From IMG/VR virus record IMGVR_UViG_3300044983_000399, positions 1-41,172 of that record: DNA of 41,172 bases, one strand, 5' to 3'. A program made the position numbers and the translations under genes. Origin of the DNA: a virus (taxonomy: Duplodnaviria; Caudoviricetes). This document shows, in pieces, positions 1 through 8,515 of the stretch; the stretch's first letter is position 1; each line of letters starts with the position of its first letter. Under the pieces are notes generated by a model, which made no database searches, had not been told where the DNA came from, and was given only the letters and a program-made list of their open reading frames with translations.

Positions 1-317
1 GCGGCTCTCCCGATAAGACCTGCCGGCCCATCACGTCGGCCTGTTTTCTTCTCTCGAGGTAACTCTACAGTGGCACAGGCATGCGTATACCCTAAGGCAG
101 GCTGCGCGAGCGGGCGTGCCTGAGCGTTTAGCGTTGCATCAGCGAGCGCTGCCCCGCGCAGCTTTTCGTGGGGTATAAGTACCTCGGTGGTGGCGCTGGG
201 AGAAGCAATAATGCCTGCTGCTGCGCAGCAGAGATTGTTTGTTTCTAGCGTGTCGACACTCTCGGGAGTGCGGAGCAAAGCGGGCAGGGCGCTTGTGTTG
301 TCCTGGTGGTTCTTCAT
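1..317 (-). CDS. Hypothetical phage protein, 3' end outside window
   Basis: ATG at 317 overlaps the upstream gene's TGA (ATGA). Frame MKNHQDNTSALPALL... stays open to the window edge. Not in the ORF track. Confidence 0.6.
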   Translation of the reverse strand, partial: MKNHQDNTSALPALLRTPESVDTLETNNLCCAAAGIIASPSATTEVLIPHEKLRGAALADATLNAQARPLAQPALGYTHACATVELPREKKTGRRDGPAGLIGRA

Positions 318-856
318 GTCGCTTTCCTCCGGTGTTCGATAGCGAGTTGGTCCATCAGGCGTTGGTGGTAGGCGTTGCGTGCTTCTGCGGCTGGCCATGG
401 ACGAATGGTTTCAACCATGGGCTCGATGCCGGCCAAACAATCCCAGATAGCCGGATCGGTTGGCATGAGGTCGCGGCGCTCTGTGGCCAGCGCAATCAGG
501 TCAGCCTGGTGTATACAAGCGGATAGATCGAAGGCCAGGTCGAAGCGCTCACAGATGCGCCCCCAAACGACGTCCTCAAATCCTCGGTAGTCGGGCATCC
601 ACTGTTTGAGTGGCCGGGTCATATCGCCTAGATACGCCTCGGTCGCATCGTGGAGCAGGGCCGCCAACTTGTGTTCTTCCGGCACCAACTCGGCGACGAT
701 ACAGCTGTGTTGTGCCACGCTGTAAAACTCGCGAGTGTGGCCGTTGAACCGACACAGTTGGGCCAACGAGTGCGATATGTCCCGTGGGTCGATCATGTCG
801 ACGTCTGGCTCGTACAGGTTGAAGTGCTTGCCGGTGAAGGTGAGGATGAAGTTCAT
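314..856 (-). CDS. HD-domain phosphohydrolase (YfbR-like 5'-deoxynucleotidase family)
   Basis: RFNGH...YSVAQH...ALLHDATEAYLGD motifs. Confidence 0.88.
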   Translation of the reverse strand: MNFILTFTGKHFNLYEPDVDMIDPRDISHSLAQLCRFNGHTREFYSVAQHSCIVAELVPEEHKLAALLHDATEAYLGDMTRPLKQWMPDYRGFEDVVWGRICERFDLAFDLSACIHQADLIALATERRDLMPTDPAIWDCLAGIEPMVETIRPWPAAEARNAYHQRLMDQLAIEHRRKAT

Positions 857-1251
857 GCTGCATCCTCCAGAGTGAATGGATCCAGCAGGGCAGCCATGCC
901 CAGAGCCTTGTTACGTAAGGCAAGTGCTTGCGTTGCCTGGCTCTCGGATCTCACTGCTCGGAAGGTGTCAGCCGCAAGCTTCAGCTTTTCGGCGATGGCT
1001 AACAGGGTGACTCGATTTTGTGGTCGAAGATCCAAGATAAGTTGCAGGCGCCGGCATCGTTCGGTGACTTGCTCAAGTTCGGTAGACACTGCTGACTCGC
1101 CCTGGTCCATCCCTTCCATAAAGCCCTGAGCGTAGCCATCGTCATAGCCTTCAGCTCGAGCATCTATTAAGCCGCCGTTGTAGCCGATCCAGTAGAGAAT
1201 CCCAAGCGCGATAACGATGCCGGTCAATGCGTATATTTGAATTGCAGTCAT
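853..1251 (-). CDS. Hypothetical phage protein with N-terminal TM helix
   Basis: Hydrophobic N-terminus, GYxxGY repeats, GGAG RBS, ATGA coupling to the HD gene. Confidence 0.75.
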   Translation of the reverse strand: MTAIQIYALTGIVIALGILYWIGYNGGLIDARAEGYDDGYAQGFMEGMDQGESAVSTELEQVTERCRRLQLILDLRPQNRVTLLAIAEKLKLAADTFRAVRSESQATQALALRNKALGMAALLDPFTLEDAA

Positions 1252-1306
1252 GTGGTGTGCTCCAGGTGTTATTGGCTGGTGGTGGCAGCCGTTGGGGTAA
1301 CGGGTA

Positions 1307-1624
1307 TCACTCGGTTGATTCGGGTACTAGACGCGACATGTCTTCATCTGCTCGGTAAGCGCGGATGTCGATCAGGGCGGCTACGTGCTTGATGTGGGCG
1401 TACCTCAATGCTTTGGCGCTGTGGTCCAAAGTGGTCACTGGCAGTTGGATACGACCGGCGTTGATCGCCTCGATGAAAGTCTTTTCATTAAGGTTCTTGA
1501 AGTAGTGCACGCGCAGCTTTTCCAGGGGGATGAGCACATCGCCGAAGAGTAGATGCAGCATTTCGACGGTTGCGCTATCCGGCGCGGGTTGCAGCCGTAG
1601 CGGTGTTTGACTGTTATTGCTCAT
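1307..1624 (-). CDS. Pyocin activator PrtN family protein
   Basis: TVEMLHLLFGDVLIPLEKLRVHYF...GRIQLPV...HIKHVAALID resembles PrtN; start reassigned to the ATG at 1624 after GGAGG. Confidence 0.75.
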   Translation of the reverse strand: MSNNSQTPLRLQPAPDSATVEMLHLLFGDVLIPLEKLRVHYFKNLNEKTFIEAINAGRIQLPVTTLDHSAKALRYAHIKHVAALIDIRAYRADEDMSRLVPESTE

Positions 1625-1793
1625 GGGCGGCGGCCTCCTTGCGTTTGAGACGTGAAGGGTGGTTCCAGGCATTTAGGCAGTGGCGTTTGGTTAGCTCCCG
1701 CAGATGCTCCGGCACTTCGAGGAGCGCAGCGTTGCGCTCCTCCCGTGTGCGCATGGCGACGATCTGGCGGGCATACTCCCTAGGCCGCGTCAC
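1614..1793 (-). CDS. Small hypothetical phage protein (59 aa)
   Basis: Manually translated GTG-start ORF MTRPREYARQIVAMRTREERNAALLEVPEHLRELTKRHCLNAW...; overlaps both neighbours in operon fashion. Confidence 0.65.
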   Translation of the reverse strand: MTRPREYARQIVAMRTREERNAALLEVPEHLRELTKRHCLNAWNHPSRLKRKEAAAHEQ

Positions 1794-2064
1794 GGCTGTC
1801 TGCCGGGATAGCTGGCAGTTCTAGGCCCAGCTGACTCGCTAACCAGGGCATGCCGGCTTGCCGTACCTTCGTCGACTGGCTGTATTGCATCCCGGCCGTC
1901 TCGTGGTACCAGTTGCCGTTCTTGATCCGCAGGTACTCCTGGTCACGTTCGGGGAAAGCCGGGAGGTTGCGGTCGTTGAGCAAACCCTTTTCACGCATGA
2001 GTGTTATTAGCTTGGGGCGGGTGAGGCCGAAGTACTTGGCGGCTTTTTCCAGGCTACGTTCCAT
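1780..2064 (-). CDS. Phage antirepressor KilAC-domain protein
   Basis: AAKYFGLTRPKLITLMREKG...NLP...YL...STKVRQAGMPWL pattern; GGAGG RBS. Confidence 0.75.
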   Translation of the reverse strand: MERSLEKAAKYFGLTRPKLITLMREKGLLNDRNLPAFPERDQEYLRIKNGNWYHETAGMQYSQSTKVRQAGMPWLASQLGLELPAIPADSRDAA

Positions 2065-2073
2065 CGCAGCCTC

Positions 2074-2655
2074 CTAGGCTGCATGCGCGGCGGGAGTCGC
2101 CACGGCTGCTAGGTGAGTGATGGACTCGGCCACCATGGAGTAGATTTCTACGTCACTGCCATACACCGTGAAGCACTTGGTGCGTGGCTTCCTGACACCG
2201 ATGCTCATGATGGTGGTGATACCGGTGCGGGTTTTGTTGCGATGGATTGTCAGGTTAATGGGTTGCTCAAAACCCATATCGAGGCTGAGCGCGCCGCCGG
2301 TTTGCACCAGCTCGAACACACGCTGCTTGTGTTCAACCTCGAACACGCCGTAGCGGCGGTCTGCGTGCGGCAAAGACGACGGATCGGTTGGGCTGGTCGG
2401 TCCGTTGACGATCTCTTCAATGAAGTCCGCAAGCTTAAGGTGCATCTTCTTGCTGTTAGTCAGAGTCAGCGTGTGGCGTTCGCTGCCCAGTTCAACAGTG
2501 AAGTGTGTATCGACTTTGCGGCGCTCGACTTTCAGGCGGAAAGCCAAGGCCTCGCGTTGAACTTCGGCTCGCAGGAGATGTTTGAAGGTCTCGGTCAGGC
2601 TAACCTGGGCCTTCAGCAGTGTGAGGGTGCGGTTGTCGAGCTTGTACTTGCTCAT
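2074..2655 (-). CDS. Hypothetical phage protein
   Basis: ORF with start reassigned to MSKYKLD (2655), ATGA-coupled to the upstream small ORF. Confidence 0.7.
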   Translation of the reverse strand: MSKYKLDNRTLTLLKAQVSLTETFKHLLRAEVQREALAFRLKVERRKVDTHFTVELGSERHTLTLTNSKKMHLKLADFIEEIVNGPTSPTDPSSLPHADRRYGVFEVEHKQRVFELVQTGGALSLDMGFEQPINLTIHRNKTRTGITTIMSIGVRKPRTKCFTVYGSDVEIYSMVAESITHLAAVATPAAHAA

Positions 2656-2828
2656 GCCGCCCGCCCTCCGCCGTTTGGATCGAATGGGGTGGGTGAGAAG
2701 CTCTGTGGCAGTTTGGGTTTCGACGCTATGAAGGCGCAGCCGCAATCTTGCGCCAGCCGGCGGATTTCGAAGATGCGGGAGGGGTTAGCAGCGGCCGGGT
2801 GGACGTGCAGGGTAGCTGTGGTGTGCAT
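2652..2828 (-). CDS. Small hypothetical protein (58 aa), first gene of leftward operon
   Basis: Manually translated MHTTATLHVHPAAANPSRIFEIRRLAQDCGCAFIA...; GAGG RBS; stop overlaps next ATG. Confidence 0.6.
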   Translation of the reverse strand: MHTTATLHVHPAAANPSRIFEIRRLAQDCGCAFIASKPKLPQSFSPTPFDPNGGGRAA

Positions 2829-2863
2829 GGTGTTGCCTCGCTCTGTGGTGGAAGAGTGAGGCG

Positions 2864-2913
2864 ATGATAACCCGAAAGGTTAATATTGCAATCTAAAATA
2901 ACCTTCTAGGTTG
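2864..2913 (-). promoter_or_regulatory. PL-like promoter with two repressor operators (OL)
   Basis: Minus-strand TTGCAA-16-TATCAT; operators TAACCCGAAAGGTTA (2868-2882) and TAACCTTCTAGGTTG (2899-2913). Confidence 0.75.
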
Positions 2914-2914
2914 T

Positions 2915-3892
2915 TTAGTCTCTCCACACCCATGACGAAGGTGTGAGTGCGCTTGAGAGGTGTCCAGCAGTGGTTACATAGACCTTGCAGTCTAATAACA
3001 GACTGAGCCCCGCATTGATCAACACGGATTTGATATCTTGCTCGCCTGCTGCGGTCGTGGGCTGGTTCAGTACCACTACGAGATGGAGCTGAACTTTTCG
3101 ATTTGATACGTTTGTGATCGTTTGTGATGCTAAGTAAGCATTTTCCAGCGTTGCTTTAAATCGTGACGGTGAAAATCTGTTGTCTGGAAAGTACTTTACT
3201 TCTGCTATGTGGATTGTTTCACCTTGATCGGCAACAGCATCAAAGATAATTGGCTTTTTGCGTCCTGGAATTTCGAATTTGACTTTCGAGGAGAAATTTA
3301 TCTTGGTGGCCTTTTTTAACTTTTCCACTGATCTTTTTTCAATGTATTCAAGTTTTGCTATCTGTTCAATGTTGCTTTTTATTGCAAGCCCTTCCAGGTC
3401 GAACATTTGTTCTGTCTGTTTATCAGATAGCTCAACATCGTTTGATTTCTCATCGGAAGGACTACTATTCATTGATTCAGGTTTCGAGGTCTCTCTTGCA
3501 GGGGGCTCAGAGTTGGCTGGTGGAGTGGGTTCAACAACCTCTGCGTAAGCCGGTTCCTTTGTTTCCTCCACCTCCGCAACAAGCTTTTCGTCACGTTCAG
3601 TCGTCGTAACAATCCCAAATAAATTTAGAAAGTGATCTTGGTTTGAGTAGTCTGATGGAGCATATAGTGTTTTATGGTTGAAGTTTAAAGTCAAAAAAAA
3701 GATTCCCACGAGGAATGCAGGAAATAGCATCAAGAACCAAATATAGATGGCTTGATTTTCAGGGGCGATAAAAGGTAAAACTATAGTGCCACTTATTTCC
3801 GCAATGGCCGCAAACTGGGATATAACTGTCAGAGGATTTTTTATGTGGCCAACATTGCTCTTCATATCTATCCTTGATGGTTTAAACTTCAT
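2915..3892 (-). CDS. Accessory membrane protein with C-terminal PD-(D/E)XK-like motif, cotranscribed with repressor
   Basis: AT-rich; two N-terminal hydrophobic segments, acidic/Pro linker, FDAV-x9-AEVKY; ATGA overlap with the cI stop. Confidence 0.75.
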   Translation of the reverse strand: MKFKPSRIDMKSNVGHIKNPLTVISQFAAIAEISGTIVLPFIAPENQAIYIWFLMLFPAFLVGIFFLTLNFNHKTLYAPSDYSNQDHFLNLFGIVTTTERDEKLVAEVEETKEPAYAEVVEPTPPANSEPPARETSKPESMNSSPSDEKSNDVELSDKQTEQMFDLEGLAIKSNIEQIAKLEYIEKRSVEKLKKATKINFSSKVKFEIPGRKKPIIFDAVADQGETIHIAEVKYFPDNRFSPSRFKATLENAYLASQTITNVSNRKVQLHLVVVLNQPTTAAGEQDIKSVLINAGLSLLLDCKVYVTTAGHLSSALTPSSWVWRD

Positions 3893-4536
3893 AGGTCAGA
3901 GATTTTCCAGCGGGCTCTACCACAAATACTCCAATCTTCGGTCATCTTGATTATGCGTTCGGGCCAGTCAGGGTTAATAGCGTAAAGATACTGCTCATCC
4001 CCCTCTTGTTTTAGCTGCTTAAGCGTCGCGGCTTGGTCTCTTGTTCTTTTCGCTGCAACGAAGTGTCCTGGCATTGCTTCAAGGGACGGGTCGATCACTA
4101 TTTTATCCCCCTCCACAAACTTGGGCTCCATGCTGATGCCCTCAACGCGAAGGATGAAAGCCCTAGGACCGACTGGGCCAGGAGCATCAATCCACTCCTC
4201 GGCATCCCTAGGATCAAAATTTCCATTTGTCTCGCACCAAGCGCCCGCTGCGATCGACCCTATCACTGGAAGCTTTCGACCCGTGTGGCTTAAAACTGTG
4301 GCGTTATTAAATTCACCAATTCCATAGGGCATATCGAGATAACCGTTGTGCAGATCAAGAGCTTTTTCTATCTGGCGAGCAATCTGATCTCCAATCCCTT
4401 TAGTAGGATTTTTGCCGCCGAAAGCGCTCACTTGTGCGGGTGCCTTGCCCAGTCGCTCAGCCATGTCGGTCAAACGGAGGCCCCTTTCAGCTAGGACTCT
4501 GCGGAAGTTTTGTAGTCGGGTATCTGAAATTTTCAT
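3889..4536 (-). CDS. CI-like phage repressor (HTH plus S24 autopeptidase)
   Basis: N-terminal HTH, AG cleavage site (IAAG), GISMEP catalytic Ser, ATLKQL Lys. Confidence 0.93.
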   Translation of the reverse strand: MKISDTRLQNFRRVLAERGLRLTDMAERLGKAPAQVSAFGGKNPTKGIGDQIARQIEKALDLHNGYLDMPYGIGEFNNATVLSHTGRKLPVIGSIAAGAWCETNGNFDPRDAEEWIDAPGPVGPRAFILRVEGISMEPKFVEGDKIVIDPSLEAMPGHFVAAKRTRDQAATLKQLKQEGDEQYLYAINPDWPERIIKMTEDWSICGRARWKISDL

Positions 4537-4555
4537 GAGCGGATTGTGTCCCGAT

Positions 4556-4614
4556 TAACCCTGGAGGTGAATGTCCTATTTGGTATTGCAAAAAATAACC
4601 TACATGGTTAAATT
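4556..4614 (+). promoter_or_regulatory. PR-like promoter with operators (OR)
   Basis: TTGCAA(4586)-17-TAAATT(4609); operators TAACCTACATGGTTA (4596-4610) and TAACCCTGGAGGTGA (4556-4570). Confidence 0.78.
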
Positions 4615-4636
4615 GGTGCTCTAGGAGGTACACCAT

Positions 4637-4870
4637 ATGAAATTGCGCGACTACATCCACGGGCTGGACCCTTTAGCTCTTGCCTCATACGCAATGCGTT
4701 GCGGTATTGCCGTTAGCTATCTTCGGCTGCATGTCAAATACGCGAGCAAAGATCCTAGTGTTTCCTTAATCAAAGCTTTGGCGAGAGAAAGTGAGGCACA
4801 TGTTTCGCTTAGTGAGGTTTTGGAGCATTTCGGTGTTACCGAGGAACCACTCTCAAACAAGGCAGCATAG
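4637..4870 (+). CDS. Cro-like HTH regulator
   Basis: Small HTH-like protein divergent from cI; AGGAGG RBS. Confidence 0.8.
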   Translation: MKLRDYIHGLDPLALASYAMRCGIAVSYLRLHVKYASKDPSVSLIKALARESEAHVSLSEVLEHFGVTEEPLSNKAA

Positions 4871-4894
4871 AAAAAAGGCGACCCAAGGGCCGCC
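4871..4894 (-). terminator. Rho-independent terminator on the minus strand, just downstream of cro
   Basis: Minus-strand GGCGGCCC-TT-GGGTCGCC followed by TTTTTT. Confidence 0.6.
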
Positions 4895-4960
4895 CAGTTC
4901 CTCCCGGCACACACCACCACAGTGCTGTCGGGTCGCGATGAAGGTAGGAGGGCACACCAC

Positions 4961-5035
4961 ATGCAAACCTCCTCTCTTTATCGCGTTACCAAGGCACGGA
5001 TGCCTTGGGTTGCTGCCTTTTCCACCACAGATTAG
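4961..5035 (+). CDS. Possible 24-aa leader peptide MQTSSLYRVTKARMPWVAAFSTTD
   Basis: GGAGG RBS then GCACACCAC-ATG, the same context as the start at 1251. Confidence 0.3.
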   Translation: MQTSSLYRVTKARMPWVAAFSTTD

Positions 5036-5194
5036 GCAGCTGTTGCGCCAGAGGTGAGCAACGGATTGTTCGCCTCGGCACGGTGCCGGTTTCGATCCCT
5101 AGATCTAGCCGGCGTTTGGGCCCTTTCAAGCCACGCGGCAAATGTATCACCACTGCATGTCGCGGGGCACTGGCAACTTTGTAGGATTAATGCC

Positions 5195-5713
5195 ATGAGC
5201 CGAGTAGCTTTAAACTGTGTAGATCGAGCGCAAAGGGAAGTTTTGACGCTCGAATTAGCCCTGTACCACGCGGCACGGGACTATCCCGGTGGTGCTGCAG
5301 CAATCGCTGCCACCACCGGTAGAAATGCCACCACGCTGCAACACAAGTTGTCTCCCACCCATCCCTCCCACACTGTCAACGTCCAAGAGTTCGGCGAGAT
5401 CCTCGAGCTGACCAAAGACCGTCGCATTCTCGATGCGGTACACGGCCTTGTCGGCGACACGATCTGGCAGGAGCTGGCCGAGGCGTACACCAATGACATG
5501 CCTGAAACCCTCACCACGGGTATTGCGCAGTTCTTTCGGCAGGTCGCGGATTTGTCCGAGACCTGGGCCAAGCATATTGGCGACGGCAAGGTCGACGACG
5601 GCGAGCTGGCTGAGATTCGCCAGTTGGTGTTTCGCGGCATCCAAGGACTGCTGGGCATGTACAACCGCGCCCGCTACGTGAACCAGACGACGCGTGGGGT
5701 GGAACGTGGCTGA
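5195..5713 (+). CDS. Phage regulatory protein, CII family
   Basis: YPGGAAAIA...TLQHKLSP...H pattern; position after cro; start reassigned to 5195. Confidence 0.8.
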   Translation: MSRVALNCVDRAQREVLTLELALYHAARDYPGGAAAIAATTGRNATTLQHKLSPTHPSHTVNVQEFGEILELTKDRRILDAVHGLVGDTIWQELAEAYTNDMPETLTTGIAQFFRQVADLSETWAKHIGDGKVDDGELAEIRQLVFRGIQGLLGMYNRARYVNQTTRGVERG

Positions 5714-5933
5714 TATCGCAGACTTCGCCAACGACCTGGTGCAAGAGCGCCTGGATCAAGCCCTCGCGGCACGCAGCGCCCTGAAGCCCGCCAGTGCGGC
5801 GCATTCGTTCATGTTCTGTGAGGGGTGCGAGACGCCGATTCCACTGGCGCGCCGAGTTGCTATTCCTGGCTGCACTCAGTGTGTGAGCTGCCAAACCATC
5901 GACGAAGCCAGGAAGGCCCGCCATGCTCGATGA
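5706..5933 (+). CDS. TraR/DksA C4-type zinc finger protein
   Basis: ADIADFA...CEGC-IPLARR-AIPGCTQCVSCQ. Confidence 0.9.
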   Translation: MADIADFANDLVQERLDQALAARSALKPASAAHSFMFCEGCETPIPLARRVAIPGCTQCVSCQTIDEARKARHAR

Positions 5934-8139
5934 GGTACTGAATCAATTTGCGGATTACGGCCTGGAACCAAAGCTCCCCCTGGTGTTCGGCAAAATCACT
6001 CGCTGTAAGGCCGGCCCGGACAAGGGCAAGGAAAAGAACGGCTGGTACATCATCCACGAACACCTCACCGAGAAGAATGAAACGCTGATCTTCGGCGCAT
6101 TTGGTGATTGGCGTTCCGGTGAGACGCAGAAGATCAAGGTCAAGGCCGGACGTATGAGCCCCGAGGAGCGCGAGGTCATGCGCGCCCGTCAAGAGGAAGC
6201 CAAGCGCAAGGTGGTGGAGATCGCGGCCAACGCTGCACGTCGAGCGGCCAACCGTGCCTCCGGCCTATTCAAGCGCATGCCCGAAAGGGGCAAGAGCGCT
6301 TACCTGGATCGAAAGCAGATCGTAGGCTTCAAAGTCCGCTATGCGCCACGTACCGGCGCATTTTTAGTCCCTATGTGCAACGTGCGCGACCAGATCGTCG
6401 GCCTGCAGGTGATCTATCCGGCAGTTCAAGAGGACACGGGGCGCGACAAAGCCTATTGGCCTTACGGCATGTCGAAAGAGGGCGCCTTCCACTTGATTGG
6501 CCCGCACCCGGAGCCGGGCGAGCCGGTGCTGGTATGTGAGGGCTACGCCACCGGCGCCAGCCTGCACATGGCGACGTCGCTTACGGTCGCCATTGCCTTC
6601 GACGCGGGTAACCTGCTGCCGGTCTCCAAGGCCATGCGCGAGCGTTTCCCCGGATGCCCGTTGATTATCTGCCGTGACGACGACTGGAAGACCAAGCGCC
6701 CCAATGGTGACGCCTGGAACCCAGGCGAGGAGAAGGCGAACAACGCCGCGCTGATCGTCGGTGGCCAGGTGGTTGCCCCAGTGTTCTCTGCCGAGCGCGA
6801 GACTAAGTGGACCGATTTTAACGACCTGCACGTCGCCGAAGGATTGGAGGCTGTTCGCCGCCAGGTGTTGGCGGTGGTCAAGCCTCCTGCAGCTGGTGGT
6901 TGGAAAGATCAGCTCGCCCGCACCGAAAATGGCTCCCTGATCGCGCACATGCAAAACGTCGAGCTGATCCTCGGCAATGACGAGCGATGGGCTGGTGTGA
7001 TCGGTTACAGCGTGTTCAGCTCCAAGATCGTCAAGCTGCGGTCTGCGCCTTTCGGTGGCGGCGCCGGTGATTGGGCCGACATCGACGACATGCGCGTGAT
7101 GAAGTGGCTCGCGCAGCAGTACAACCTGAGGGTCAAGGCGTCCCATGTGATCGAGGCGGTCAGCGTGGTTGCTCACGACCATTCCTTTCACCCGGTGCGC
7201 GAGTACCTGGAGAAGCTGGAGTGGGATCGCGTGCCTCGCCTGGAGACCTGGCTGACCGACGTGCTGGGCGTTAATGCCACCGAGTACTCGGCCAAGGTCG
7301 GCAAACGTTGGCTGATCTCTGCGGTTGCGCGTGTGATGCGCCCAGGCTGCAAGGCTGACTCGGTGATGATTCTCGAAGGCGGGCAGGGCGCCGGTAAGTC
7401 CACGGCCATGGGCATTCTCGGCGGCGAGTGGTTTATGGACACGCCTTTTGCTCTTGGTGACAAGGACAGCTTTCAGGCGATTCGCGGCAAGTGGATCGTC
7501 GAGCTGGGGGAGTTGGACAGCTTCAACAAGGCAGAAAGCACCAAGGCCAAGCAGTTCTTCTCCGCATCTACTGACACCTATCGCGAGAGCTACGGCCGCA
7601 GAACGAACGACGTGCCACGCCAGTGTGTGTTCGTGGGTACCACCAACCAGGAGGAATACCTCAAGGATGCCACGGGCAACCGTCGTTACTGGCCGGTGTT
7701 CTGCAACAAGGTAGATCTGGAGCAGCTGCGCGAGATCCGTGACCAATTATGGGCCGAGGCGTTGTTCTGCTTCGAGGCTGGTGACATTTGGTGGGTGACC
7801 AAGGACGAATCCTGGATGTTCGCCGAGGCCCAGGACGAACGCTTTGTGGTGGATGAATGGGAAGGGCCAATCCTGACCTGGTTGGAGGAGTCGCAGATCG
7901 GCGAAACCGCCACCGGCAACGAGATCCTGACCCAGGCGCTCAAGCTGGACTTCGGTCACTGGGGCAAACCTGAGCAAATGCGTGTCGGGGCGATCATGCA
8001 CCGATTGGGTTGGCGCAAGAAGCGTATGCCGGCGCTGCCGAAAAGTGGGGTACGGCCGTGGGCGTATGAGAAGCCTTCGGGTTGGGGACGGGCGTCTGCG
8101 TTGCAGCAGTCGGTTAAAGAGGAACCTTGCTTTGATTAA
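5923..8139 (+). CDS. TOPRIM primase fused to VirE/VapE-type SF3 helicase
   Basis: CEGYATG and DDD TOPRIM motifs; Walker A GGQGAGKS; VELGELD; GTTN; GNRRYWPV. Confidence 0.9.
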   Translation: MLDEVLNQFADYGLEPKLPLVFGKITRCKAGPDKGKEKNGWYIIHEHLTEKNETLIFGAFGDWRSGETQKIKVKAGRMSPEEREVMRARQEEAKRKVVEIAANAARRAANRASGLFKRMPERGKSAYLDRKQIVGFKVRYAPRTGAFLVPMCNVRDQIVGLQVIYPAVQEDTGRDKAYWPYGMSKEGAFHLIGPHPEPGEPVLVCEGYATGASLHMATSLTVAIAFDAGNLLPVSKAMRERFPGCPLIICRDDDWKTKRPNGDAWNPGEEKANNAALIVGGQVVAPVFSAERETKWTDFNDLHVAEGLEAVRRQVLAVVKPPAAGGWKDQLARTENGSLIAHMQNVELILGNDERWAGVIGYSVFSSKIVKLRSAPFGGGAGDWADIDDMRVMKWLAQQYNLRVKASHVIEAVSVVAHDHSFHPVREYLEKLEWDRVPRLETWLTDVLGVNATEYSAKVGKRWLISAVARVMRPGCKADSVMILEGGQGAGKSTAMGILGGEWFMDTPFALGDKDSFQAIRGKWIVELGELDSFNKAESTKAKQFFSASTDTYRESYGRRTNDVPRQCVFVGTTNQEEYLKDATGNRRYWPVFCNKVDLEQLREIRDQLWAEALFCFEAGDIWWVTKDESWMFAEAQDERFVVDEWEGPILTWLEESQIGETATGNEILTQALKLDFGHWGKPEQMRVGAIMHRLGWRKKRMPALPKSGVRPWAYEKPSGWGRASALQQSVKEEPCFD

Positions 8140-8491
8140 AGAGATCGATGCACGGCTCCGTATGTGGGCAGAAGAACTGCACAGCGACTTCACCAAGGGC
8201 GGGCTTGCTGGCGGCAACATGGTTGCCATGATGATGGAAAGCAATGGTCAGTTGATTCGCGGTCGGCGTGCGTTCCGTGCGCCGCTGGAGGGTTCGCTTG
8301 ATATAGAGCTGATCGTGAATAAGCACCTGGAGCAGCCCCTGGCGACTGTCGTCCGTGAGCACTACTGCAACCATGACACCAACATGCGCTTGAAGTATGC
8401 CCATTGCGGCTGTGGTCGCGACACCTACTACCAGCGCCTGCATGAAGCCCACCTGCACATCTACTACGTGCTGATGGGGAAGGCTGCATGA
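8132..8491 (+). CDS. Probable late regulator or Q-like antiterminator
   Basis: TTG start; IDARLRMWAE...VVREHY...TYYQRLHEAH C-terminal HTH-like segment; located just before the late operon. Confidence 0.6.
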   Translation: MIKEIDARLRMWAEELHSDFTKGGLAGGNMVAMMMESNGQLIRGRRAFRAPLEGSLDIELIVNKHLEQPLATVVREHYCNHDTNMRLKYAHCGCGRDTYYQRLHEAHLHIYYVLMGKAA

Positions 8492-8515
8492 CCCTCGGCG
8501 TCACTCCGCGTACTT

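Noticed and set aside
314-856. HD protein as a DatZ-like sign of a modified-base genome
   Set aside because: No PurZ or dedicated polymerase in the window; YfbR-like HD genes are common in temperate phages
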